A DNA stretch of 64,000 bases from Alphaproteobacteria bacterium (GCA_963555825.3 CAUVXB020000002.1:1664001-1728000), one strand, 5' to 3'; counted from the stretch's first letter, positions 20,045 through 32,593 are shown. Program-made: numbers and translations. The notes: a model not told the origin generated them from the letters alone.

Positions 20045-21286
20045 ATGACCAAGGCACTCGACGGCATCCGCATTCTCGACATGACGCATGTTCAGTCGGG
20101 ACCCACCGCGACCCAGATCCTCGCCTGGTTCGGCGCCGACGTGATCAAGGTCGAGCTGCCCGGCCGCGGCGACATCACGCGCGGCCAGCTGCGCGATAAG
20201 CCCGACGTCGACAGCCTCTATTTCACGATGCTCAACTGCAACAAGCGGAGCATCACGCTCAACACCAAGACCGAGCGCGGCAAGGCGATCTTCGCCAAGC
20301 TGATCGAGGCCTGCGACGTCATCGTCGAGAACTTCGCGCCCGGCGCCCTGGCGCGCCAGGGATTCGACTGGGAAACCATCCACGGCATCAACCCGCGCAT
20401 CGTCTACGCCTCGATCAAGGGCTTCGGCCCGGGGCCCTTCGAGGATTGCAAGGTCTACGAGAACGTCGCCCAATGCACCGGCGGCTCGGCCTCGACGACC
20501 GGCTTCGACGACGGCCCGCCACTCGTCACCGGCTCGCAGATCGGCGATACGGGTAGCGGCATCCACTGCGTCGCGGGCATCCTGGCGGCGCTCATTCACC
20601 GCGACAAGACCGGGCTCGGTCAGCGCGTCGAGGTCGCCATGCAGGACGCCGTACTCAACCTCTGCCGGGTCAAGCTGCGCGACCAGCAGCGCCTCGCCCA
20701 CGGCCCCCTCAGGGAATATCCGCAGTACCCCAACGGCCAGTTCGGCGAGGCCGTGCCGCGCGCCGGCAACGCCTCGGGCGGCGGCCAGCCGGGCTGGGCG
20801 GTGCAGACCAAGGGCAACGGCCCCAACGACTACATTTATGTCATCATCCAGCCGCCCGCCTGGGCCAAGCTGATGACCATCATCGGCCGCGAGGAGCTGA
20901 TCGAGGACCCCGAATGGGCGACGCCCGAGGCGCGCCTGCCCAAACTCGACCAGTGCTTCGCGATGATCGAGGAATGGACCAAGACCAAGGACAAGTTCGA
21001 GGTCATGGAGATCCTCAATCGCGAGAACCTGCCCTGCGGCCCGATCCTCAGCATGAAGGAGCTGTTGGAGGACGAATCGCTCGCCGCGCGCGGCACCATT
21101 GTCGAGGTCGAGCACCCCGAGCGCGGTGTCTTCAAGACCGTCGGCAACCCGATCAAACTGTCGAACTCGCCGGTCGAGGTGACCACCTCGCCGCTCTTGG
21201 GTGAGCACACCGACGAAATCCTCAAGCGGGTCGTCGGCCTCGACGACGGCGAGATCGCGGCGGCGCGCGAAGCGGGCGCGGTCTGA
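20045..21286 (+). CDS. frc: Formyl-CoA transferase (class III CoA-transferase)
   Basis: [34 protein letters not shown] (catalytic Asp), [11 protein letters not shown] glycine loop, VKLRDQQRL. Confidence 0.93.
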   Translation: MTKALDGIRILDMTHVQSGPTATQILAWFGADVIKVELPGRGDITRGQLRDKPDVDSLYFTMLNCNKRSITLNTKTERGKAIFAKLIEACDVIVENFAPGALARQGFDWETIHGINPRIVYASIKGFGPGPFEDCKVYENVAQCTGGSASTTGFDDGPPLVTGSQIGDTGSGIHCVAGILAALIHRDKTGLGQRVEVAMQDAVLNLCRVKLRDQQRLAHGPLREYPQYPNGQFGEAVPRAGNASGGGQPGWAVQTKGNGPNDYIYVIIQPPAWAKLMTIIGREELIEDPEWATPEARLPKLDQCFAMIEEWTKTKDKFEVMEILNRENLPCGPILSMKELLEDESLAARGTIVEVEHPERGVFKTVGNPIKLSNSPVEVTTSPLLGEHTDEILKRVVGLDDGEIAAAREAGAV

Positions 21287-21311
21287 CAGGCGCGGGACCG
21301 GAGGCGGAAGC

Positions 21312-22229
21312 ATGCGCATCGTCGTCAACGGACAACAGGCCTTCGGCAAGGCGGTGCTCGATGCGCTGATCGAGCGCGGCGAGGACGTCGTCGCGGTCTA
21401 CGGCGCGCCCGAGAAAGCGGGCCAGCGCGCCGATCCGCTGAAGCAGGCGGCGCTCGAACACGGCTTGCCGGTCTACCAGCCGGCGTCGTTCAAGACGGCG
21501 CAGGTGCGCGACGAATTCGCCGCGCTCGAAGCCGACCTCGCCGTCATGGCCTTCGTCACGCTGTTGGTGCCCGAGACGATCTTGAACCTGCCCGCCAAGG
21601 GCACGATCCAGTATCACCCGTCGCTGCTGCCGCGCCACCGGGGCCCGAGCTCGATCAACTGGCCGATCATCCAGGGCGCGACGAAGACCGGGCTGACCAT
21701 CTTCTGGCCCGACGAGGGCCTCGATACCGGACCGGTGCTGCTGCAGAAAGAGATCGAGATCGCCGATGACGCGACGCTCTGCAGCCTCTACTTCGACCAC
21801 CTGTTCCCGATGGGCGTCCAGGCCATGGTCGAGGCCGTCGATCTGGTGCGCGATGGCACGGCGCCCCGCATCGCGCAAGACGAGCGGCAGACCACCTACG
21901 AGAGCTGGTGTCGCGCCGCCGACGTCGAGATCGATTGGACGAGGCCGCAGCAGGAAGTCTGGAACCTGATCCGCGGCGCCAATCCACAGCCCGGCGCCTG
22001 GACGCGCCACGACGGCGAAACGCTGCTGCTCTACGACGCGGCCAAGCTGCCGGCCGCCGGCGCGCATCGCCCGGGCGAGGTGGTCGCGGCGGACGCCAAG
22101 GGCATCACCGTCGCCGCCGGCGACGGCTATATCCAAATCCATCGTGTCCGCCCCGAGGGCGGCAAGAAGATCGATGCCGCCGACTTCGTTGCGGCAAGCA
22201 GCCTGACTGCGGGAGCCGTTCTAGGCTGA
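21312..22229 (+). CDS. Formyltransferase of the FMT superfamily resembling the ALDH1L1 N-terminal (10-formyl-THF) domain
   Basis: IQYHPSLLPRHRGPSSINW, IFWPDEGLDTG, SLYFDHLFPMGVQAMVEAV, IRG...PGAW; 25 bp after frc. Confidence 0.85.
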   Translation: MRIVVNGQQAFGKAVLDALIERGEDVVAVYGAPEKAGQRADPLKQAALEHGLPVYQPASFKTAQVRDEFAALEADLAVMAFVTLLVPETILNLPAKGTIQYHPSLLPRHRGPSSINWPIIQGATKTGLTIFWPDEGLDTGPVLLQKEIEIADDATLCSLYFDHLFPMGVQAMVEAVDLVRDGTAPRIAQDERQTTYESWCRAADVEIDWTRPQQEVWNLIRGANPQPGAWTRHDGETLLLYDAAKLPAAGAHRPGEVVAADAKGITVAAGDGYIQIHRVRPEGGKKIDAADFVAASSLTAGAVLG

Positions 22230-22266
22230 GCGATAGAAACGTTACGCAAGCATGGGGAATCGAACG

Positions 22267-22701
22267 ATGCAAGTTTCAGACATTCTCAAGACCGACCAAG
22301 ACGTCGTCACCATTGCCACCGACCGGACCATCGCCGAGGTCGCTCACACTTTGGCGGGCACGCGCGTCGGCGCCATCGTCGCGACCGACACGTCGGGCAA
22401 GCTGGCCGGCATCATCTCGGAACGCGACATCGTCCGCGCGCTCAACGAGCATGGCGCCGCGTTGCTCGCCATGCGCGTCGAGGAACTGATGACCAGCTCG
22501 GTCATCACCTGCACGCCCGACAGCAGCATCGTCGAGGTCATGAAGCTGATGATCGAGCACCACATCCGCAACCTTCCGGTGCTGGAGGATGGCGTGCTGG
22601 TCGGCGTTGTCACCATCCTCGACGTGGTGCGCTCGCGCCTCGCCGAGGTCGAGACCGACTACGGCACCCTGCGCGAGTTCATGGCCACGCGCATCGAGTA
22701 G
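22267..22701 (+). CDS. CBS domain protein
   Basis: GIISERDIV, LMT..VITC, HIRNLPV...LVGVV CBS pair. Confidence 0.9.
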   Translation: MQVSDILKTDQDVVTIATDRTIAEVAHTLAGTRVGAIVATDTSGKLAGIISERDIVRALNEHGAALLAMRVEELMTSSVITCTPDSSIVEVMKLMIEHHIRNLPVLEDGVLVGVVTILDVVRSRLAEVETDYGTLREFMATRIE

Positions 22702-22715
22702 GCGCATCGCGCCGT

Positions 22716-22744
22716 CTTGTTGGCGCCGGGAGGGATGCCCATAT
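22716..22744 (+). promoter_or_regulatory. Probable RpoH (sigma32) promoter of clpB
   Basis: CTTG (22716-19) - N18 - CCCATAT (22738-44), upstream of a heat-shock gene. Confidence 0.7.
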
Positions 22745-22748
22745 AATC

Positions 22749-22833
22749 TGTGACCGCTCTTCGGAGGGTCGCACGAGGGATCGGCCGCTTTTCGGAGGGC
22801 CGCTCACGCACCTGACCGCTCAGCCGAGGGTTA
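22749..22833 (+). ncRNA. Structured clpB leader: three G-bulged hairpins (ROSE-like candidate)
   Basis: GACC-G-CTC-TTCG-GAG-GGTC; GGCC-G-CTT-TTCG-GAG-GGCC; GACC-G-CTC-AGCC-GAG-GGTT. Confidence 0.6.
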
Positions 22834-22846
22834 TGGGAGACGCCGC

Positions 22847-25444
<2,598 letters not shown>

Positions 25445-25478
25445 CGCCGTTCAATTCAGACACAGAGATGGGTTGCTC

Positions 25479-25507
25479 GTAGGGGCGGGTTTGAAACCCG
25501 CCCCTAC
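25479..25507. repeat. GTAG-type REP-like palindrome (may also terminate clpB)
   Basis: GTAGGGGCGGGTTT-G-AAACCCGCCCCTAC, 14-bp perfect arms; followed by three (T/A)CTCCGTG units at 25521-25544. Confidence 0.75.
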
Positions 25508-25617
25508 ATCGTTTCGGATATCTCCGTGACTCCGTGTCTCCGTGGTTCCCAATAGACAGGTCACCGGTCGGGGCCGATACTCTCGCGAGCAACACGCACA
25601 GATCGGGCGGGTCAGCC

Positions 25618-26988
25618 ATGCCGAGCCGGAGCAAGCCTCTCTCAGCGCCATACAGCGCATATCATCGTGTCGAGATCGAAGACTTCGACGAGGTGTTGAC
25701 GCAAGTCGGGCGCGGCACGCCCTGCGGCGAGTACCTGCGCCGCTTCTGGCAGCCGGTCGCGGTGTCGTCGGAACTCGGCGACCTGCCGCGCGCCATCCGC
25801 ATCATGGGCGAGGACCTAGTCGTCTTCCGTGACGGCGGCGGGCGCGTCGGCGTGCTCGAGCGGCGCTGTTGCCACCGCGGCACATCGCTCGAGTACGGCA
25901 AGGTCATGGAGCGCGGAATCGCGTGCTGCTACCACGGTTGGCACTACGACGTCGACGGCACCATCATCGACACCCCCGGCGAGCCGCCCGAAAGCCGCAT
26001 CAAGGACCGCACCTTCCAGGGCGCCTATCCGGCGCGCGAGCAAGACGGCCTGGTGTTCGCCTATCTGGGGCCGCCGGCGGCGATGCCCGAGCTGCCGCGC
26101 TACGACGCCTTCGAACGGCCGGATGCCGAGTTCCGCATCAACAAGCGCTTGAGCCCGTGCAATTGGCTGCAGGTGCGCGAGAACGAGATGGACCCGATCC
26201 ACCTGTCGTTCCTGCACACGCGGCTGTTCGGCGTGCAGTTCACGCCAGTCTACGGCGATATCCCGGCGATCGAATGGCAGGAGACGCCGATCGGCATGAT
26301 CTACCTCACCACGCGGCGCTGGAAGGACCGCCTGTACCTGCGCACCAACGACATGATCCTGCCCAACGTGGTGCGTGTCGCCGGCATCGAGGACGGCGAG
26401 GGCGAAACCCTGTTCGACCGGCGCGGCAGTTCGCTCAACTGGGTCGTGCCGATCGACGACACCGCCTCGATGTCGATCGGCTATTCCGACATCGACAAAT
26501 CGCTCACACTCGACGGCCAGAACGGCTACATCGACCGCATGGCGCGCGACAACGCCCACGCGGTCGGCGCCGGCGATGTCGGCCAGACCGGCGAGCCGAG
26601 CTACGAGGAACGCCAGCGCGCGCCGGGCGACTGGGACGCCTGGGTCTCACAAGGCCCGATCACAATACATGGCCGCGAGCGTCTCGGCACGACCGACGGC
26701 GGCGTCATCCTCTACCGCAAGCTATTGAGGCGCGAGATTCGCTTAACCGCCAGGGGTGGCACGCCGATGAACACGCGCCTTGCCGCGGATGTTCCGGTCG
26801 CGACCTATTGCCACAACACGGTGATTGTGGTGCCACCGGCGACGACGCCCGAGGCCGACCGCGCGCTGTGCTTCGCCTTCGGCCGCGAGGTCACGCGCCG
26901 CGTTCTGGCGGGCGAGTACCCGAAAGATACGCTGGGCGCGGCGCCGCGCGCCGCACTCGACGCCTTCGACTTCCCGCCCACGGGTTAA
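25618..26988 (+). CDS. Rieske non-heme iron oxygenase alpha subunit (phthalate 4,5-dioxygenase-like group)
   Basis: GTPCGEYLRRFWQP, CCHRG...CCYHGW Rieske ligands, ENEMDPIHLSFLH iron motif. Confidence 0.88.
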   Translation: MPSRSKPLSAPYSAYHRVEIEDFDEVLTQVGRGTPCGEYLRRFWQPVAVSSELGDLPRAIRIMGEDLVVFRDGGGRVGVLERRCCHRGTSLEYGKVMERGIACCYHGWHYDVDGTIIDTPGEPPESRIKDRTFQGAYPAREQDGLVFAYLGPPAAMPELPRYDAFERPDAEFRINKRLSPCNWLQVRENEMDPIHLSFLHTRLFGVQFTPVYGDIPAIEWQETPIGMIYLTTRRWKDRLYLRTNDMILPNVVRVAGIEDGEGETLFDRRGSSLNWVVPIDDTASMSIGYSDIDKSLTLDGQNGYIDRMARDNAHAVGAGDVGQTGEPSYEERQRAPGDWDAWVSQGPITIHGRERLGTTDGGVILYRKLLRREIRLTARGGTPMNTRLAADVPVATYCHNTVIVVPPATTPEADRALCFAFGREVTRRVLAGEYPKDTLGAAPRAALDAFDFPPTG

Positions 26989-27212
26989 AGCCCGCCGGCG
27001 AACGCCACCACTGCTTCAACCGCGGCGGCCAGATTGTCGGTATCGCTGACACCCGAGGCCTTGCGCGGCTTGAGCGAGTGGTCGCCGTCGGTCATCCGTG
27101 ATGCGGATGGCGGGCGACAGCGTGTAGCCCGCCACCTCGGCGCGCGCGCCGAGCGCGTCGCGCTCGCCCTGGACGATCAGCGTCGGCGTCGCCAGCGTCG
27201 CCAGATGCGTAA
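26985..27212 (-). pseudogene. Alpha/beta hydrolase, 3' fragment (IS-disrupted, extra frameshift)
   Basis: Reads THLATLATPTLIVQGERDALG...LSPAIRIT, then in another frame MTDGDHSLKPRK...FAGGL*. Confidence 0.85.
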
Positions 27213-28387
27213 TACCAGTGAGCGCCTGAATTGACTCTCGGGATATTCATTGATGGCGGATGATGGCGGATTGTGATTCTATGGTCTCCCACCAGATGTG
27301 GGGGATGTCATGGGATCAGCACTCAAGATACGGGATGATTTGACGCCTTTGGAGCTTCGGCGCTGGGCTCGCGTGGAATCGTACGGTCGAGCGGCGGCGC
27401 GGGCCTATGGGATCGCGAATGCTTTGGAGGAGATGCCCCGGGCTGATGCCGCGCGGCTTGCGGGGATGGATCGCCAAACGCTTCGCGACGCGGTTGTTCG
27501 TTACAATGCAAAGGGATTGGAGGGGCTTCACGACCGTCCAAAGGGCTACTCGCCGCGGCGGCTGACGGCAGACGAGGAAGCGGCGCTGGCGGCGGTCATC
27601 ATCGCCGGGCCGGAGCCTGAGCGCGACGGGGTTTGCGCCTGGACCCGGGCCGATCTGTGCCGCTGGCTGGAGGAGCGCTTCGCCAAGACCTACCACCCCT
27701 CGAGCATGACCCGGGTTCTACGGCGGATGGGATTTTCCCGCCAGAAGGCGCGCCCGAGCCACCCGCGAAGGGACGCCGAAGCGCAGGAGCGCTTCAAAAA
27801 AGGGGGCTTCGCGACATCCTGAAGGCGACCGCCGCGGCGCATCCCGACAAGCGCCTACAGCTGTGGTTTCAGGATGAAGCGCGCGTCGGCAACAAGGGCC
27901 GGGTGTGTCACCGGTGGTGGCGCAGGGGCGAGCGTGCCCCCGGGACGCGTCAAATCGGCTACCAGTGGGCCTACATCTTCTCCGCCGTGCGCCCGGACAC
28001 CGGCGACGACGTCACCCTGGTGATGCCGAGCGTCAACGCCAAGGTCATGGACCTGTTTCTCGCACACTTCGCCGATACCCTGGACCAGGATGCGCACGCC
28101 GTCATGATGTGCGACGGCGCCGGTTGGCACGACGAGCGCGCCCTCACCGTCCCCGACAACGTCACCTTGGCGCTGTTGCCGCCTTACAGTCCCGAACTCA
28201 ACCCCGTCGAGCGGGTTTGGCTCTACCTACGCGAACGCTTCCTATCGCTCCGCGGCCTCGACGACACCGAGGCCATCATCGACGCCTGTTGCCAAGCATG
28301 GATCGACCTCATCGCAGAACCGGATCGTATGCGAACCCTCTGCGCCTATCCATGGATCATGAAGGTGATTTCATAGGCTCACTGCTA
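27213..28387 (+). mobile_element. IS630-family element type A
   Basis: Imperfect IRs TACCAGTGAGC.. / ..GCTCACTGCTA; TAA at 27210-12 and 28388-90; two overlapping ORFs. Confidence 0.92.
27310..28376 (+). CDS. IS630 transposase via programmed -1 frameshift
   Basis: ORFA 27310-27822 (HTH) and ORFB to 28376 (FQDEAR, DGAGWH, PPYSPELNPVE); AAAAAAG slip site at 27796-27802. Confidence 0.88.
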
Positions 28388-28784
28388 TAAGACGTTCGGG
28401 GGCCGCCGGCTTGCCCGGCGCGTGGAACGGGTAGCCCAGGCAAACCAAGCCGCGCACGCCCGCCTGGTCGGCCAGCATGCTGGCGATGCGCCCGCCGAGC
28501 GACTTGCCGCCGATGACCAGCCGGCCGGGCCCGAGCGTCGTGATAACCGCGCGCCAGGTCTCCAGCAGTACCGGCGCCCGGTCGGGCGGCCGGCGCGTGC
28601 CGTCGATGCGCCGCCTGTTCATGTAGGGAAACTCGAAGCGCGCCACGCGCAGCCCGGTGGCGGCCAGACCGGCCGCGATCGTCGCCATGAAGGGGCTGTC
28701 CATCGGGGCGCCGGCGCCGTGCGCCAGCGCGATCGTCAATTCGGCGTCGTCGGGCCCGTCGAAAACGAGCGACGTGTTCAGCAC
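28388..28784 (-). pseudogene. Alpha/beta hydrolase, 5' fragment
   Basis: LAHGAGAPMDS, GGKSLGGR nucleophile motif, LGYPFH; ends at the IS; start overlaps the M23 stop. Confidence 0.88.
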
Positions 28785-31294
28785 GCCTCGGCGTGGACGC
28801 TCGCCAGCTGCGTGCCGCAGGCGGCGCCCTGAACGGCGGTTGTGGCGCCGGCCTCGGCGACGCGCTGCATCAAGGGCAGCGCGCTGAGCTGTGCGTCGAT
28901 CGTGGCGCGCACGCGTTCGAAAGCGGCCAATGACGCGCCTTCGAGCTTGACGCCGGTCGGCAGGCGGACGCTCAACGGGTTCATCTGGCGGCCATTGCGC
29001 AGCACCTCGTAATGCAGGTGCGGGCCGGTCGCGTTGCCGCTCGCGCCGACATAGCCGATGATCTGGCCCTGGCGCACGCGCTTGCCCTTCTTGACGCTCT
29101 TGGCGATGCCCTTCATATGCGCGTAGGCCGTCGCGTACTTGCCCTTGTGCCGGATACGGACATAGCGACCGTAGCCGCCGTTCCAGCCGGCCGCCTCGAC
29201 CACACCGCCGCCGGCGGCCACGATCGGCGTGCCCGTCGCCGCGCCGAAATCGACGCCCCGGTGCATCTTGGTGTAGCCGTTGATCGGGTGCTTGCGCTTG
29301 CCGTAGCCCGAGGTCAGCCGGGCGTCGTCGATCGGCGTGCGCAGCAGCGCCTTGCGGATGCTGTGGCCGTCCTCGTTGTAGTACTCGACCGCGCCGCCCG
29401 CGAGCACGTGGCGGTAGATGCGGAGCGGTTTGCCGCTGAGCGTCAGCTCGCCATACAGCATGGCGCCCTCGCGCGTCATCAGGCCGGTGTCGTCGATGAA
29501 GCGCTCGAACAACACCGTGAAGCTGTCGCCACGCTGGATCTCGCGCTGGAAGTCGACGTCGAAACTGAACGCCTTGATCGTCTCCATCAGTACGGACACC
29601 GGTACGCCGACGTCGATGGCCGACTGATAGAGGCTCGAATCGATGCGCCCGCCGACGTGGATCAGCTCGCGCGCCATCGGCACCTCGACCTCGCGCGCGG
29701 CGTAGAAGTCGCCGGCCGCCGCGCGGCCGACCTCGACGCTGTAGCCGGGCGACGAGGCGAGCGTGATGCCGTGCAGCGCCGCGCGGCCGGCCGCCTCGTC
29801 GGGATCCATGACCACGGTCAACACTTGGCCGACCTTCAGCTTGTGCGGATTGTAGAGCTCGCTGAGCGCGACGATCGCATCATGCGCCTGGCGCGGATCG
29901 CAGCCGGCGCGCATCAGCGCGACCATCAGGGTATCGCCGGGCTTGAGCTTCATGCTCTTGCGCACCGCGCCCTCGGGCGCCGGCGCCAGCGCGACCTCGG
30001 GACGTTTCGGCAGATCGACGCCCTCGATCACCGCGTCGAGCGCATCGCTCAGCGGCGCCTTGGTTGGCGTCGAGCTGAAATCGCCGTCGGTCTGGCGCCC
30101 GGCGACGAGGTGCGAATCCTTGCCCAGCGTCAGGCTCACCGCGGCGAGGCGGAGCCGCCCGGCGCTTGCCGGGATGAACACGACGGTCAGTTCCTGGCCG
30201 ACCTGCAGGCGGCGCGGGTTGAAGTGGCGGCTGAGCGCGGTGATCGCCGCGTTGGCCTCCTTCTTGTCGCTGCCGGCGCGGCGCAGGACGCGCATCAATG
30301 TGTCGCCCTTGCGGATGATCACGGTCTTCTCGACCGCATCGTCGCGCCGTGAGGCCGGCATGGTCGGCGCCGCGGGCGCGCGCGCCGGCTCGACGGCATC
30401 GGCGTCGGCTTCGGGCACGGGCTCGGTTAGCGCGGCCGTCGTTGTCTCTTCGGCGGCCGCCTTCTCCGACGCGGCCGTTTCGGCGGCCTCTGCGGCGGCG
30501 AGCGCTTGCGCCGGCTCGATCGGCGCCTCGGCCTTGTTGGCGGTGAAGCCGCCGTCGCCGTTGCGTCCGGCGATGACGTAACCCTTCTGGCCGAGCGTCA
30601 GGCTGACGGCGGCGAGCCGCGGCCGGGTTTCGCCCGGCGCGAAGATCACGGTGAGCTGCTGGCCGACCTGCAGGCGGCGCGGGTTGAAATGACGGACCAA
30701 TGCGTCGATCGCCGCGCCGGCCTCGCGCGGCGCGTCGCCGGCGCGCAGCAGCACCTTCATCAGCGTTTCGCCCTTGTGCACCGTCATCGTGCGCGTGCCG
30801 CCCCGGTTGGTGAGCGGCGCGTCGAAGCGGGGCACGAAGACCGCCGCCGCGCGCGCGGCGACATAGCGCCTGCCTTCGCGCTGGACGACCAGATAGCGGC
30901 CCTTGGCGAGCGCCAGATTGACGACCGCGAGGCGCGGCGCGCCCGCGCCGCGGTCGTCGAAGACCAGCGTCAGCTCGTGGCCGACGCGCAGCTTGCGGGG
31001 ATCGAAGCGCTTCTTGATGGCGACGATAGCGGCGCCCGCGTCGGCCCGCGCGCTGCCGGCGCTGACGAGCAGCCCCATCAGCGTATCGCCCTTGGCGACC
31101 GTGACGTTGCGGACGATGGCGTGATCGGTTTCGGCGGCCGGGTTCGTCGCCGCGAGGCTGGTGGGGATGGATTGTGCGCTCAGCGCGGCCGCGGCAATCG
31201 GTGGTTCGGCGTGCTCTGGCGTCAAAGATGCGAGGAAACCGGCCATGAACAAGCCGGCGATGCCCGCAACCATCCCCCTTGGGTCTTGCCTCAT
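28778..31294 (-). CDS. M23 family peptidoglycan endopeptidase with four N-terminal repeats
   Basis: HRGVD, YAHM, TGPHLHYE Zn motifs; FSFDVDFQREI; four [K/P]G[D/E]TLM...[N/D]P..L.VG..LT repeats. Start inferred. Confidence 0.9.
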   Translation of the reverse strand: MRQDPRGMVAGIAGLFMAGFLASLTPEHAEPPIAAAALSAQSIPTSLAATNPAAETDHAIVRNVTVAKGDTLMGLLVSAGSARADAGAAIVAIKKRFDPRKLRVGHELTLVFDDRGAGAPRLAVVNLALAKGRYLVVQREGRRYVAARAAAVFVPRFDAPLTNRGGTRTMTVHKGETLMKVLLRAGDAPREAGAAIDALVRHFNPRRLQVGQQLTVIFAPGETRPRLAAVSLTLGQKGYVIAGRNGDGGFTANKAEAPIEPAQALAAAEAAETAASEKAAAEETTTAALTEPVPEADADAVEPARAPAAPTMPASRRDDAVEKTVIIRKGDTLMRVLRRAGSDKKEANAAITALSRHFNPRRLQVGQELTVVFIPASAGRLRLAAVSLTLGKDSHLVAGRQTDGDFSSTPTKAPLSDALDAVIEGVDLPKRPEVALAPAPEGAVRKSMKLKPGDTLMVALMRAGCDPRQAHDAIVALSELYNPHKLKVGQVLTVVMDPDEAAGRAALHGITLASSPGYSVEVGRAAAGDFYAAREVEVPMARELIHVGGRIDSSLYQSAIDVGVPVSVLMETIKAFSFDVDFQREIQRGDSFTVLFERFIDDTGLMTREGAMLYGELTLSGKPLRIYRHVLAGGAVEYYNEDGHSIRKALLRTPIDDARLTSGYGKRKHPINGYTKMHRGVDFGAATGTPIVAAGGGVVEAAGWNGGYGRYVRIRHKGKYATAYAHMKGIAKSVKKGKRVRQGQIIGYVGASGNATGPHLHYEVLRNGRQMNPLSVRLPTGVKLEGASLAAFERVRATIDAQLSALPLMQRVAEAGATTAVQGAACGTQLASVHAEAC

Positions 31295-31414
31295 CCGGCA
31301 CCCCCGTTCAAACGTTGTACTCCCCGGCCGCGCGCATTGCTCCCCCTGGCGCGGCGTATTGGGGCGCAAGATGCTGTGGACGCCGCAATTTGTCAATGAT
31401 TTGGTACACTTCTA

Positions 31415-32593
31415 GTGTCCTGATCGATAAATTGATATGATTATGTCTCTATTTGTTTTTAGGAGGCGCGATTGATGGCGAGAGTGGCGGTGACGATCTC
31501 TTTGAGCGATGACGAGCGCGCCGAATTGGAGGCGCTGTCTCGTCGTCGCAAGACGTCGCAGGGGCTTGCGCGGCGGGCTCGGATCGTCTTGGCGGCGGCG
31601 GAAGGGTTGGAGAACAAGGAGATCGCCGTTCGTCTCGAGGCGAGCGCGGACACCGTGGGCAAGTGGCGTCGCCGCTATGCGGCGGAGGGCCTCGACGGTC
31701 TGTACGACGAACCCCGCCCCGGCGCGCCGCGTCAAATCGGCGATGACGCCATCGCGGAAGCGGTCCGGCTGACGCTGGAAGAGACGCCGCCGGACGCGAC
31801 CCATTGGAGCCTTCGCTCGATGGCGCGGGCGAGCGGCCACGCGCCCTCGACCATTCATCGCATCTGGCGGGCCTTCGGCTTGCAGCCGCATCGCTCGGAG
31901 ACCTTCAAGCTGTCGAGCGATCCCTTCTTCGTGGAGAAGGTCCGCGACATCGTCGGTCTGTATTTGGCGCCGCCGGATCGTGCCCTGGTTCTCTGTGTCG
32001 ACGAAAAGAGCCAGATCCAGGCCCTGGACCGTTCCCAGCCCCTCTTGCCGATGCGCCCCGGGCAGGCGGAGCGGCGCAGCCACGACTACAAGCGCCACGG
32101 CACGACCTCTCTCTTCGCGGCCCTCGACATCGCCACGGGAGAGATCATCGGCAAATGTTTCCCGCGCCATCGGGCCCGAGAGTTCCGCAAATTCCTCGAC
32201 CTCGTCGAGGCGAACGTCCCTGCTGATCTCGACATCCACATCGTCATGGACAACTACGGGACCCACAAGACCAAGGCGATCCGCGACTGGTTCGCCAAAC
32301 GGCCGCGCTGGCAGGCCCATTTCACACCCACCAGCGCCTCCTGGCTGAACCAGGTCGAGCGCTGGTTCGGGCTGCTGACCGACAAGCAGATCAGGCGCGG
32401 CGTCCATCGCTCCACCAAGGAGTTGGAGCGCACCATCCTCGACTACATCGACACGACAAACCAGAACCCCAAACCCTTCAAATGGACCAAATCCGCCGAT
32501 GACATCCTCGGCGCCATCCAGCGCTTCTGCCTCCGAACAATCGAAATCGCTGAACAGCAGGCGAAAATCATGCGAACTTCGGAATCGGGACAC
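31415..32593 (+). mobile_element. IS630-family element type B, copy 1
   Basis: IRs GTGTCCTGAT.. / ..ATCGGGACAC inserted in CTAG (TA duplicated at 31413-14 and 32594-95). Confidence 0.95.

Noticed and set aside
21312-22229. Housekeeping methionyl-tRNA formyltransferase (fmt)
   Set aside because: Lacks the MGT start and NxH motif, is not next to def, and lies in a catabolic cluster.
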